Source: Pseudarcicella sp. (lineage in GTDB: Bacteria > Bacteroidota > Bacteroidia > Cytophagales > Spirosomataceae). Taken from it: DNA of 51,906 nucleotides. The DNA is taken from the NCBI GenBank assembly GCA_017988135.1, contig JAGNSI010000001.1:1-51906 (forward strand), read 5' to 3'. Positions 10,240 to 19,820 of this stretch are shown here, in pieces (positions within the stretch are counted from its first letter, which is position 1; every line of letters starts with the position of its first letter). The position numbers and the translations under genes were made by a program. The notes under the pieces were generated by a model that did no database searches, was not told where the DNA came from, and saw only the letters and a list, made by a program, of their open reading frames with translations.

Positions 10240-11901
10240 TTAAGTATATTGTCTTGCCCTGAAAAAAGTAAAAATCATCCCTATAGATATTAGCAAGATA
10301 ATCGGCAAAACAAGATTGAATACATACCAATAATTTTGTTCATTTTGAACTATTTCTTTATCTAGGGGTCTATATTTCAGTTCTTTATTTTTAGAAGAAA
10401 TCACGCCATTATTATCTAAAAGATAATCTACCGCATTCATTACAAAATCTTTATTCGCAAAAACTTTTGATGCATACTTATCGAAACCCATCGGATAAGG
10501 CATTTTTTGTTTATAGTCTACTTCGTTTACAGGCAAATCACCGTCTGCACACACAATAACTTTAGAAGCTGTTCCTTTGGTTTTGAAAGATTTAAAATTG
10601 GTATCATTGGGCAATATTCTATTTTTAAATAACGATTCAAATTTTCCTTCCAACAAATAGGCTATTGTTTTTACACCTCCATTGTATTTGCTAGTCATGG
10701 CTTCTTTGCTAGCAACATTATAAGCCAACAATGCAGGTGCGTTTAGTGTTTGAGTATATGGAGAAGTCATCAACAAAGGTGTTTTGGTAATACCGTCTGC
10801 TCGTACTGTATCTATACTACTTGTATATTTAAGCAATATGGCATCTATGTTTTTTACAATGGTAGATTTTCCAAAATTATTTACAATAGGTGAATAGTTC
10901 CAAGGAACAAGCTGAATATTGGCATTGCTTCCAAAAGTACCTACATTCATAGGTATCTGAGCACACATTTGAGCGTCTTTTATTAAATTCTGATTTAGCC
11001 TTAGTCCGTATTTAAAAAACAAATCCGACAATTCTACATTTAAAGGCTGAATCATACTTCCTTCTCTTGCTACGCTATCTACTTGAGTGCCATCTAAAAA
11101 AAACAAAGCTTTACCTCCATTTACTACAAATTGATCTATTTTGTATTTGTCATTATCTGTAAAAACCACATCTGGCTTCAAAACAAATATGGCATCTAAG
11201 CCTTGTAAGGTAGATGACAGTTTGAGATCAACAGGGTACAAATCATAAGATTTACGTAAAGCACTTAGCAAATCATATTGCTTTGCAGCTGCTAATGTAC
11301 TTTGATTAACAAAAAAACCTATCTTCTTCCTTTCTTTAAGCGTCAGTTGTTTAATGGCTGAAGCTAAATTAAACTCAACATTATTAGCTGATTGCACCAA
11401 TTGATCTTCCGCTGTAGAGAATTTGTTCCCTTTAAGCAATAGCACACCTATTTCTTTATTTTCTACCGAAAGAACAGCACCTGGTACTACCATTGTTTGT
11501 ACCAAATTTCCTTTGTCTTTGTTGTGAATATTGGTTGGCGGAATACCTTTTTGATATAACGATAAGTACTTTTCTTCCCTTTCTTTATCGCTTTTTATTT
11601 CTTTGGTAAGATCAATAAATCTGAAATTAATATTTTTTCCACCATAAATTTTAAACTCAGTTAGCATGTCAAAAACTTCTTTCTCCAATTTTTTAAATTT
11701 GGCTGGCAAATTATCACCCGTAAGATAAACTTTCACATTTACAGGTTTTTCTAAATTGGACAACAGTTTCTTGGTTGCTTCAGATACTGAATATCTTTTT
11801 TCCTCGGTTAAATCTAATCTAAAAAAAAACATTTCAGACAAAACATTCACACCTAAAACTATTGTAAGGAGTAATAAAAAACGAACAATATTTGATTTCA
11901 T
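10240..11901 (-). CDS. gldG: Gliding-motility-associated ABC transporter accessory protein GldG
   Basis: About 553 aa. N-terminal TM followed by FFRLDLTEEKRYS, a large periplasmic domain and a C-terminal TM (WYVFNLVLPIILLISIG). This is the GldG/ABC_transp_aux architecture. The ATG at 11901 is preferred because the longer ORF runs into the upstream terminator. Confidence 0.8.
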   Translation of the reverse strand: MKSNIVRFLLLLTIVLGVNVLSEMFFFRLDLTEEKRYSVSEATKKLLSNLEKPVNVKVYLTGDNLPAKFKKLEKEVFDMLTEFKIYGGKNINFRFIDLTKEIKSDKEREEKYLSLYQKGIPPTNIHNKDKGNLVQTMVVPGAVLSVENKEIGVLLLKGNKFSTAEDQLVQSANNVEFNLASAIKQLTLKERKKIGFFVNQSTLAAAKQYDLLSALRKSYDLYPVDLKLSSTLQGLDAIFVLKPDVVFTDNDKYKIDQFVVNGGKALFFLDGTQVDSVAREGSMIQPLNVELSDLFFKYGLRLNQNLIKDAQMCAQIPMNVGTFGSNANIQLVPWNYSPIVNNFGKSTIVKNIDAILLKYTSSIDTVRADGITKTPLLMTSPYTQTLNAPALLAYNVASKEAMTSKYNGGVKTIAYLLEGKFESLFKNRILPNDTNFKSFKTKGTASKVIVCADGDLPVNEVDYKQKMPYPMGFDKYASKVFANKDFVMNAVDYLLDNNGVISSKNKELKYRPLDKEIVQNEQNYWYVFNLVLPIILLISIGMIFTFFRARQYT

Positions 11902-11947
11902 AACAAAAATATCTTCTATTTTTAGTTTTAAATTTAAAATAACAAAC

Positions 11948-11982
11948 AAAAAAAAACACCTTAGTAAAAAGGTGTTTTTTTC
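11948..11982. terminator. Bidirectional intrinsic terminator downstream of the PpiD-like gene
   Basis: A-run, AACACCTT, AGTAAA loop, AAGGTGTT, T-run. Perfect 8-bp stem extended by A/T pairing. Confidence 0.7.
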
Positions 11983-12005
11983 TTTTCGATAAATTTACAA
12001 ATATT

Positions 12006-14126
12006 CTAGTAAAATTTAGCTCTATTGTCTACTATTTTAGCATTATCCTTTATAGCTTCTCCCAAAAAGTACGGTGTGCTTTGTAAAGTTCTGTTTGTAA
12101 TGCTTTTTTTGTACATGCTCAAGTCAGCGATTTCTGGAGCTTGGATTGTTGAAGTTTTTTCAACTACGAATACACCACCTTCTCCTACAAATGCTTTGGT
12201 TTTTTTACCAACTTTAGCTCCAAATATTTTACCCAAAGCTATTGGATCTTGACCTGCTGAGTTTAACGATCCAGTGTTTAACGTTATACCTGTTGCTTTT
12301 TCTACTAAAGCACCAGCACCATATTTTTGTGCCATTTGCTCTAAAGTTCCTGATATAGTTCCCAATTTTTTCAAAATTTGTTCACTTTTCAATTGATTTT
12401 TCACTTTAAAAGTTAGCTCATCTTTGAAATCTGCAACTGTAGGGGCATCTTTTGAAGTTTTGGCTGTAACTACTGCAACAGTGTATTGATTATCTACTTC
12501 AAAAACTTTTTGTGATGCTTGGTTTACTTCTGTTTCTTCATCAAAAGCCCATTGAACTATCTGTCTTGCATTTTGAAGGAAGTTGATAGAAGTTGCATTT
12601 TCTTGTATTCTTTCTCCTTTCATCATTACCAACGATTTATCTTTTTTCAAGGCTATATCAAAAGCTGCTTTTGTACCATTGGCAGAAGCAAACTCTTCTG
12701 CTTTACGATAAACAGCATCTAAAGTAGATTGACTTGGTGCAATAACTTTACTAATTACTGCCATTTTGTAAAACAGGTTACTTTTAGCTTCAGTTACTTT
12801 TATGATATGAAATCCAAAATCTGTTTCAACCAATCTTGGCAAAAGTCCTTTTCCAGAAAACCCAAAAACAGCTTCCTCAAATGGTTTTACCATAGAGCCA
12901 TTGTTCTTAAAAAACCCTAAATCTCCTCCTCTTTGTGCAGTTGCATCAGATCCATTTATTTGAGCCATAGTTTCAAAGCTAGCTCCACCTTTAATCTGAT
13001 TCAAGATAGACTCTGCTTTCGCTCTAGCTTGAGCTTTTGCAGAATCTGTTTTATTAGAAGGGCTAATCAATATATGACTTGCTCTTAAGCTAGAAAATTT
13101 ATCAGCTTTTACACCGTCATATTTAAGAACTGAATAAGCATCATCAATTTTGAATGGACCGTATATTCCTCCAACTATAAAGTTGCTCATTTGAGACTTA
13201 ATAGATTCTGGTATATCTGCTAAAGATAAACTGTATGGAATTCTTTTGTCAGAGTTTACAAAAGCAAAAGATGAATCGTTACTAGATCTACCCAATTCTT
13301 TGGCCAAACTATTCAATTTTAATTGGAAAGCACTGGTGTCAGCTTTAGTAGGTATGATTGGAAATGTAACATATTCAATGGTTCTTGTATCTTGCGATTT
13401 GTACAAATCAGCATGGCTTTGCATGTATTCTTTCAATTGGCTGTCTTCTACTTTGATAGTTGAATCTGCTATAGAATAAAAAGGTACAAACAAATAATTA
13501 GCATCTGCTTTAGCGGTTTGACCTACGTATTCTTTTTTAGCTTCCAATGAGTTTGTGATTGAAGAAAGCTTCATTAGATTTTCATATTTGGTTCTCAACC
13601 TATCATCTAATAAATATTTCTCAAATTCGTTCCATTGTTGTTGTTGGTCTGCAGGTGCTTTTTTAAGATTTTGCAAAAATTGTATCACTACGTTTTTATC
13701 AAAAACACCAGTTTTAGGATCTGTAAATTGTTGCATTACAGATGGGTGAATATTTTTACCTTGAACCATATCAACTAATTCTTCTGGAGATACTTTCAAG
13801 CCTAATTCTTCGTACTGTCCTTTGTAAGCATAATCAATGATGTATTGATTCCAAACTTGTTCTCTTATTGAAGCCAAATCTTGATCAGATGGTGCCGCAT
13901 CTCTTTGTCTTTTGAAATTTTCTATGGCTATTTGCAACTTTGCATCAAAATCTTTGGTTTTGATTTTTTCACCTGAAATTTCACCTAGTACAGTTCTGTC
14001 TGTGCCTCCAAAAAAATTGGAGCTGCCTCTAAAAATATCATCCCCGATGAGAAATAATATCAAACTGATTGCGATAGCTGCAGCTGCGATACCTGATTTT
14101 TCTCTAATTTTTGTAATAATTGCCAT
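12006..14126 (-). CDS. Periplasmic chaperone / peptidyl-prolyl isomerase, PpiD/SurA-like
   Basis: N-terminal anchor MAIITKIREKSGIAAAAIAISLILFLIG and a parvulin domain (RASHILI...GGDLGFF....FGFHIIKV). I chose the ATG at 14126. Confidence 0.8.
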   Translation of the reverse strand: MAIITKIREKSGIAAAAIAISLILFLIGDDIFRGSSNFFGGTDRTVLGEISGEKIKTKDFDAKLQIAIENFKRQRDAAPSDQDLASIREQVWNQYIIDYAYKGQYEELGLKVSPEELVDMVQGKNIHPSVMQQFTDPKTGVFDKNVVIQFLQNLKKAPADQQQQWNEFEKYLLDDRLRTKYENLMKLSSITNSLEAKKEYVGQTAKADANYLFVPFYSIADSTIKVEDSQLKEYMQSHADLYKSQDTRTIEYVTFPIIPTKADTSAFQLKLNSLAKELGRSSNDSSFAFVNSDKRIPYSLSLADIPESIKSQMSNFIVGGIYGPFKIDDAYSVLKYDGVKADKFSSLRASHILISPSNKTDSAKAQARAKAESILNQIKGGASFETMAQINGSDATAQRGGDLGFFKNNGSMVKPFEEAVFGFSGKGLLPRLVETDFGFHIIKVTEAKSNLFYKMAVISKVIAPSQSTLDAVYRKAEEFASANGTKAAFDIALKKDKSLVMMKGERIQENATSINFLQNARQIVQWAFDEETEVNQASQKVFEVDNQYTVAVVTAKTSKDAPTVADFKDELTFKVKNQLKSEQILKKLGTISGTLEQMAQKYGAGALVEKATGITLNTGSLNSAGQDPIALGKIFGAKVGKKTKAFVGEGGVFVVEKTSTIQAPEIADLSMYKKSITNRTLQSTPYFLGEAIKDNAKIVDNRAKFY

Positions 14127-14432
14127 TGAAGTTTGGATAATTGGACAGATACCTTTCGAGTAAGCTGTTTTTTGTTTAACAGTATAAGAATTTTTTTTTA
14201 ATTGGCACAAAATAACTACTTTCCAATTAAATATCAAAATAGTAATGAAATTTGATAAAAAAAAAACAATTTTGGTTTACATACAACAACACATAATATG
14301 ATATTTATCAATTTTATTTTTCCGAAAGTTAAAATAATTTGTGACTATTTAAACAATATTAAGTATAAAAGAACGATAGAAATATCTCAACTATTCCATA
14401 ACTAACTATGTATTAGACATTAAATAAAATTC

Positions 14433-14440
14433 TAGCTTTG
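14433..14440 (+). promoter_or_regulatory. Candidate -7 box (TAGCTTTG)
   Basis: TAnnTTTG match 49 nt upstream of the ATG at 14489. Confidence 0.35.
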
Positions 14441-14488
14441 AGATTTTTTTAATTATTAGATATACACCCTTAAAAAGGAAATTTCAAA

Positions 14489-14758
14489 ATGAAATTTCGA
14501 AATAAAAATTTATCATTGATGCGAAAGTTGAATTATATATTATTTTCTAAATACTTTACAGGTACAGCTAGCCAAGAAGAGATGATTGAACTAGAAATGT
14601 GGCTAAAAAGTGATACAGATAATAAAATATATTTCGACAATTTCAATAAAAAATGGAAAGAAAATAACACAAAACTAGTATCAAATCTTGTTTGCAATGA
14701 TACCAACGTTTGGAAAAATGTATTTTCTAAAATCCAAAAAGAAGACAATCTTAATTAA
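14489..14758 (+). CDS. Small protein resembling only the N-terminal cytoplasmic segment of FecR-type anti-sigma factors
   Basis: 89 aa. SKYFTGTASQEEMIELEMWLKSDTDNKIYFDNFNKKW looks like the N-terminal part of Bacteroidota FecR proteins. No TM segment or FecR periplasmic domain follows. Confidence 0.35.
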   Translation: MKFRNKNLSLMRKLNYILFSKYFTGTASQEEMIELEMWLKSDTDNKIYFDNFNKKWKENNTKLVSNLVCNDTNVWKNVFSKIQKEDNLN

Positions 14759-14760
14759 TA

Positions 14761-15885
14761 CTACTTGCTTAAAATTTCTTTAAGAGCATTCAAAAATAAA
14801 TCACATTCTGTTTTTGTAATTGCCAAACTTGGTAATAATCTCAAAGTATTTTTACCTGAATAACCACAGAATATTTTATAATTGAATAGCAAAGTATCTC
14901 TGATAGTATCTACTGGCTGTTCAAATTCTATTCCTATCATCAGCCCTTTTCCTCTGAGTTCCTTTATGTTATTTATTTTGGCAAGTTCTTGCATTAAATA
15001 TGCTCCTTGCAACTGACAATTTTGTATAAGATTTTCATTTTCAATAACTTCAAGCACAGACAAAGCAGCAGCACAAGCCAAATGGTTACCTCCGAAGGTG
15101 GTTCCTAATAAACCAAATTTTGCTTTTATTTTGTCTAAAATCAAAACCCCTCCTATTGGAAATCCATTGCCCATTCCTTTGGCAATTGTAATCAAATCGG
15201 GTTTTACATTTGTATATTGATGTGTAAAAAATTTACCCGATCTTCCATAACCACATTGTACTGAATCTAGTATCAACAAAGCACCTGTTTGGTCGCAAAA
15301 TTGACGTGCAGCTATCAAAAATTCATCAGAAACCACATTTATCCCTCCTACTCCTTGTATTCCTTCTACAATAACGGCACAAGTTTGGTCGCTAATGGCG
15401 TTTTTCAAAGCATTTATGTCATTGAATGGCAAGAAAGTAACGTGTTCTGTGCCATTTATCGGGGCTACAATAGAAGCATTATCAGTAACAGCGACTGCTC
15501 CTGCGGTACGACCATGAAATGATTTTGAAAAGGCTATTACTTGTTTTCTTCCATTATGAAAAGATGCCAGTTTCAAGGCATTTTCGTTTGCCTCAGCACC
15601 AGAGTTACATAAAAACAAATTATAATCTTGACAATCAGACAGTTCACCTAACTTTTGTGCTAGTTTTTGCTGAATAGGTATATTTACTGAATTAGAATAA
15701 AAGCCGAGTTGCGAAAGTTGTTCGGTTAATGATTTGACATAATGCGGGTGCGAATGTCCTATAGAAATAACAGCATGACCGCCATACATATCTAAATATT
15801 TAACGCCATTTTGATCCCACAAATAGCTTCCTTGTGCTTTTGCTGGTGTGATATCATACAAAGGATATACGTTGAATAACTCCAT
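14761..15885 (-). CDS. argD: Acetyl/succinyl-ornithine aminotransferase (class III PLP aminotransferase)
   Basis: 374 aa. GGHAVISIGHSHP, NSGAEANE and DSVQCGYGRSGKFF motifs, and arg operon context. Confidence 0.88.
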   Translation of the reverse strand: MELFNVYPLYDITPAKAQGSYLWDQNGVKYLDMYGGHAVISIGHSHPHYVKSLTEQLSQLGFYSNSVNIPIQQKLAQKLGELSDCQDYNLFLCNSGAEANENALKLASFHNGRKQVIAFSKSFHGRTAGAVAVTDNASIVAPINGTEHVTFLPFNDINALKNAISDQTCAVIVEGIQGVGGINVVSDEFLIAARQFCDQTGALLILDSVQCGYGRSGKFFTHQYTNVKPDLITIAKGMGNGFPIGGVLILDKIKAKFGLLGTTFGGNHLACAAALSVLEVIENENLIQNCQLQGAYLMQELAKINNIKELRGKGLMIGIEFEQPVDTIRDTLLFNYKIFCGYSGKNTLRLLPSLAITKTECDLFLNALKEILSK

Positions 15886-15915
15886 AGCTTGTTATATTTT
15901 TATAATCAAAAACAA

Positions 15916-16773
15916 TTATTTATTTTTTCTAAATCTTCCAAATTTATAGCCCAAAGCACCATAATATTCTAAAAACCAAATACTTTGCTTGGCATAATCG
16001 CTATCTCTGCTAGTTGTTTTTATATCTGGCAAATGGGTAAAACCTGCCTTGAAGTCTGACTGTAAAAAGAATCTTTTACTAAAATCAAAGCGTAAACCTG
16101 TCTTTATTGAGAATCCATAGCCAGCTACTTTGAAATGATTATTTTTTCCAACACCAAACAATTTAGCATCTGTACGAGGCAAAAGAATACCTGTGCCTAC
16201 TCCCGCCAACCAATCTAAACCCAATTTTTCATTCTTTGATTGCCAAATATTACCGTATTTGTCTAGTTCAAAATGTATATAATTGAACCCATCAGAATGC
16301 TCAAAGGTCAAAAAATCTTTTGAATCTATTTTGAATGGTTGATTTTCAAATGTTCCAACATAATTTGGATTGACAGCAATGTCTGGTTCTGATACTTTTT
16401 CAGAAATTGTTCCAGAGATAGTAGACATTTGATCATTTACCATGATGTATTTCATATGGTCAGTTCCAAACGAAATAGACAAATCGTCTTTTATAAAATA
16501 TCCAAACCTCATATTGTATTGAGGTATAGATAGCCTTGTAATGTCAAAGTAACTTTTTACTGAAAAAGGTACTGGTAAATCTTTAGCAACTACGTCTTTT
16601 AATGTAAAATCGTAGCCTTTTCCTTTAAATGTAATATCAGAATCTAAATAAGTAGACCTATTGTATCCCCAAAAAAAATAAAACTCCCCTTTCCTACTGT
16701 ATTCTTTTTCTTTGGTTTGAGAAAATGACGAAAAAAAACACAATAGCAATATGCCAACCTTAAAATAATTCAT
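15916..16773 (-). CDS. Hypothetical outer-membrane beta-barrel-like protein embedded in the arg operon
   Basis: 285 aa. Signal peptide (ILLLCFFSSFSQ) and alternating aromatic/hydrophobic beta-strand pattern, ending ...YGALGYKFGRF. No family recognised. Confidence 0.5.
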   Translation of the reverse strand: MNYFKVGILLLCFFSSFSQTKEKEYSRKGEFYFFWGYNRSTYLDSDITFKGKGYDFTLKDVVAKDLPVPFSVKSYFDITRLSIPQYNMRFGYFIKDDLSISFGTDHMKYIMVNDQMSTISGTISEKVSEPDIAVNPNYVGTFENQPFKIDSKDFLTFEHSDGFNYIHFELDKYGNIWQSKNEKLGLDWLAGVGTGILLPRTDAKLFGVGKNNHFKVAGYGFSIKTGLRFDFSKRFFLQSDFKAGFTHLPDIKTTSRDSDYAKQSIWFLEYYGALGYKFGRFRKNK

Positions 16774-16821
16774 AGGTTTAAAAATTATTTAAAATAAAGA
16801 TTTTTTATGGTGATTATGGTA

Positions 16822-17796
16822 TTAAAATCCCACAGACTTCAATCTTAAGCCTGTTTTTTGGTCTAAACCAAAAAGTATATTCATATTTTGCACTGCTTGA
16901 CCCGAAGCACCTTTAGTTAGATTATCTATCACACTAGTAATCAAAAGATTGCCATTTTTTAGCGTAAGTTGCAACAAGCATTTATTGGTATTCACTACTT
17001 GTTTTAAATCTATAGCTTGCTCGGCACTGATGGTTACAAATGGGTGATTTTGGTAATATGATTCATAAATGGCTATTGCTTGTTGTAATGTACCTTGAAA
17101 ACTGGTATATACATTCGCCATAATTCCTCGTGTAAAATTGCCTCTGTAAGGTATAAAGTTATATGACTTATCGAAACCAGATTGCAAATGATTTACAACC
17201 ATACCAATTTCTGTAAGATGCTGATGTTCAAATGCTTTATAGATAGAAACATTATTATTTCTCCACGAAAAATGTGTACTTGCAGAGAGACTTTGACCCG
17301 CTCCTGTAGAACCTGTAATCGCCGATATATGTACATCTTGTTGCAAAAGCTGGTTTTGTGCCAATGGCAACAATGCTAGCTCTATAGATGTAGCAAAACA
17401 ACCTGGATTGGCAATGTAGTTGGCTTTTGCAATTTTTTCTTGCTGAAGCTCTGGTAATCCGTAAACAAAACCTTGGCTTTGATCTCTAAAATCGGTGCTT
17501 AAATCTATTATTTTTATGTTCAAAAAATTGGGATTATTGGCTAAAAATTTAGCAGACTCACCGTGCCCTGAGCATAAAAATACTACGTCAATTTCAGTAT
17601 GTAAGTCATTACTAAATTTTAGATCGGTATCTCCCAATAAATCTAGGTGTGTATCGCTTACTGGCTTACCAATCTGAGATTTTGAGTTTACATAAACAAT
17701 AGTCACATTTGGGTGATGTATTAAAATACGCAACAGCTCTCCGCCTGTGTATCCTGCCCCTCCTATAATTCCAACTTTAATATTTGTCATTTTCAA
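16822..17796 (-). CDS. argC: N-acetyl-gamma-glutamyl-phosphate reductase
   Basis: 324 aa. GIIGGAGYTGGELLRIL and the active-site region ANPGCFAT. Confidence 0.92.
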   Translation of the reverse strand: MKMTNIKVGIIGGAGYTGGELLRILIHHPNVTIVYVNSKSQIGKPVSDTHLDLLGDTDLKFSNDLHTEIDVVFLCSGHGESAKFLANNPNFLNIKIIDLSTDFRDQSQGFVYGLPELQQEKIAKANYIANPGCFATSIELALLPLAQNQLLQQDVHISAITGSTGAGQSLSASTHFSWRNNNVSIYKAFEHQHLTEIGMVVNHLQSGFDKSYNFIPYRGNFTRGIMANVYTSFQGTLQQAIAIYESYYQNHPFVTISAEQAIDLKQVVNTNKCLLQLTLKNGNLLITSVIDNLTKGASGQAVQNMNILFGLDQKTGLRLKSVGF

Positions 17797-17811
17797 TAAT
17801 TTAACTCAAAC

Positions 17812-19002
17812 TTATTTTCTACTTACCTTACGATGAATCATGGTTTGATTGGCTGAAATTTTAGAAAAACCTCTTACATCGTCGCCTGTCCATGCATTGT
17901 TCATTTCACCATAAGTTCCAAATACTGCCGACATTAAATCGAATGGCGATTCTATACCTATCATTTGATACCTATATGGCGCTAACTGAATGCTTACCGT
18001 ACCTGTTACATTTTCTTGAGTGGCAGTCAAAAATGTTTCAAAATTACGCATAAGAGGCTCTAAGTATTGCCCCTCATGAAGCATTGTTCCGTAGCTTTCT
18101 CCAATATTTTGCTTCCACAACAATTGTTGTTTGGTAAGGGTGTGTTTTTCTAGTAAATGATGTGCTTTAATAATCAATACTGGGGCGGCAGCTTCAAAAC
18201 CTACCCTTCCTTTTATGCCAATAATGGTATCTCCTACGTGAATATCTCTTCCAATGCCAAAAGGTGCGGCTATTTCGGTTAATGTATTGATAGCATCAAC
18301 AGACGGCATTAACTTATCGTTTAAGCCTACGATTTCACCTTTTTCAAAATGTAGTTTTACTGTAATTTCTGCTGTGGCAGTTACTTGCGTAGGCCATGCA
18401 GATTCAGGCAAAACTCCTAATGAAGTGAGCGTTTCTTTTCCTCCTACAGATGTACCCCAAAGTCCTTTGTTGATAGAATAAGTAGACTTACTCCAGTCAC
18501 GAACTACGCCTTTTGATTTTAGATAATCAATTTCGGCTTCTCTAGAAAGTTTCAAATCTCTGATGGGCGTGATAACCTCAACGTCTGGCACCATTATTTG
18601 AAATATCATATCAAAACGCACTTGGTCGTTACCCGCTCCTGTGCTACCGTGTGCTATTGCTTTTGCACCTAATTTATTGGCATATTCCGCCACTGCTGTT
18701 GCCTGAAAAACACGCTCTGCTGATACTGACAATGGGTAAGTATTGTTTTTCAGTACGTTTCCAAACACCATGTATTTTATACAATGTTGGTAATATTTAT
18801 CTACTACATCTAAGGTAACATGGCTGCTTACTCCCAAATTATAGGCTTTGTCTTCGATATCTTTCAATTCGCTTTCTGAAAAACCTCCTGTGTTTACCAA
18901 TGCAGAATGCACTTCATATCCTCTGTCTTCGGCAAGGTATTTTACGCAAAAAGATGTATCAAGACCTCCGCTAAAAGCTAATATAATTTTGGGTTTGTTC
19001 AT
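17812..19002 (-). CDS. argG: Argininosuccinate synthase
   Basis: 396 aa. AFSGGLDTS ATP-binding motif and HGSTGAGNDQVRF. Confidence 0.93.
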   Translation of the reverse strand: MNKPKIILAFSGGLDTSFCVKYLAEDRGYEVHSALVNTGGFSESELKDIEDKAYNLGVSSHVTLDVVDKYYQHCIKYMVFGNVLKNNTYPLSVSAERVFQATAVAEYANKLGAKAIAHGSTGAGNDQVRFDMIFQIMVPDVEVITPIRDLKLSREAEIDYLKSKGVVRDWSKSTYSINKGLWGTSVGGKETLTSLGVLPESAWPTQVTATAEITVKLHFEKGEIVGLNDKLMPSVDAINTLTEIAAPFGIGRDIHVGDTIIGIKGRVGFEAAAPVLIIKAHHLLEKHTLTKQQLLWKQNIGESYGTMLHEGQYLEPLMRNFETFLTATQENVTGTVSIQLAPYRYQMIGIESPFDLMSAVFGTYGEMNNAWTGDDVRGFSKISANQTMIHRKVSRK

Positions 19003-19023
19003 GGCTAATTTTAATTTATAAAT

Positions 19024-19055
19024 GAATAGTAGTATTTTACATCATACTACTATTT
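19024..19055 (-). promoter_or_regulatory. Perfect 11-bp stem-loop in the GNAT-argG intergenic spacer
   Basis: AATAGTAGTAT, 8-nt loop, ATACTACTATT. Lies between two co-directional arg genes. No clear U-run follows on the coding strand. Confidence 0.4.
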
Positions 19056-19088
19056 CTATATTTTTCTTATTGTATTTTAATAAATTGT

Positions 19089-19820
19089 TTATGCTAAATT
19101 AGAAAATTTCAAAAACATTTTTTCTTTAATAGACTTGAGCCTCTCTAATACTTTTACATCTTTTAGGAAGTCCCAAGGGCTATGTTCATTGTGGTTAGAA
19201 ATGTCTTTTTTTCCGTTATCGGCGTTTTCTTCTTCTCTTTGTTTTTTATTTTTTTCCCACTCTGGGTCAAATATCATTCCTGTGCAAAGGCAATGCTTGC
19301 GTTCGGTACGAGTAAGTACGTCATAGTTTACGCATGATTTACACCCATTCCAAAACGAATCGTTTACTGGTAATTCGCTGAATGTGGTTGGTTCATAGCC
19401 AAGCTCTGAGTTTATTTTCATTACCGCCAAAGAAGTAGTAAGTCCTATAATTTTGGCATCTGGAAATTTGGTTCTTGAAAGCTCAAATGCTCGTGCTTTA
19501 ACAGCTTTGGCTACTCCAAATTTACGCCATTCGGGTTTTACAATAAGCCCCGAATTGGCTACAAACTTACCATGATCCCATGTTTCTACATAGCAAAAAC
19601 CTACAAAATCGCCCGCAGTATCTAAGGCAATGATTGCTTTTCCTTCAGTGATTTTTTCGCAAAGGTATTCAGGAGACCTCTTGGCGATACCTGTTCCTCT
19701 TGCTTTTGCCGATTCGGCCATTTCGTTGCATATTACTTCTGCTAAGTGCAGGTGTGTTTCATTGGCAACTTGTACGTTGTACGAATATTTTAATGTTTCA
19801 GTAGATTGATTTTTTTCCAC
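19089..19820 (-). CDS. GNAT-family N-acyltransferase, first gene of the arg operon (presumed N-acyl-glutamate synthase)
   Basis: 243 aa. GNAT core (FVGFCYVE...RKFGVAKAVKARAFE). C-terminal Cys cluster (CKSCVNY...HCLCTG) and a K/E-rich tail. Confidence 0.7.
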   Translation of the reverse strand: MEKNQSTETLKYSYNVQVANETHLHLAEVICNEMAESAKARGTGIAKRSPEYLCEKITEGKAIIALDTAGDFVGFCYVETWDHGKFVANSGLIVKPEWRKFGVAKAVKARAFELSRTKFPDAKIIGLTTSLAVMKINSELGYEPTTFSELPVNDSFWNGCKSCVNYDVLTRTERKHCLCTGMIFDPEWEKNKKQREEENADNGKKDISNHNEHSPWDFLKDVKVLERLKSIKEKMFLKFSNLA

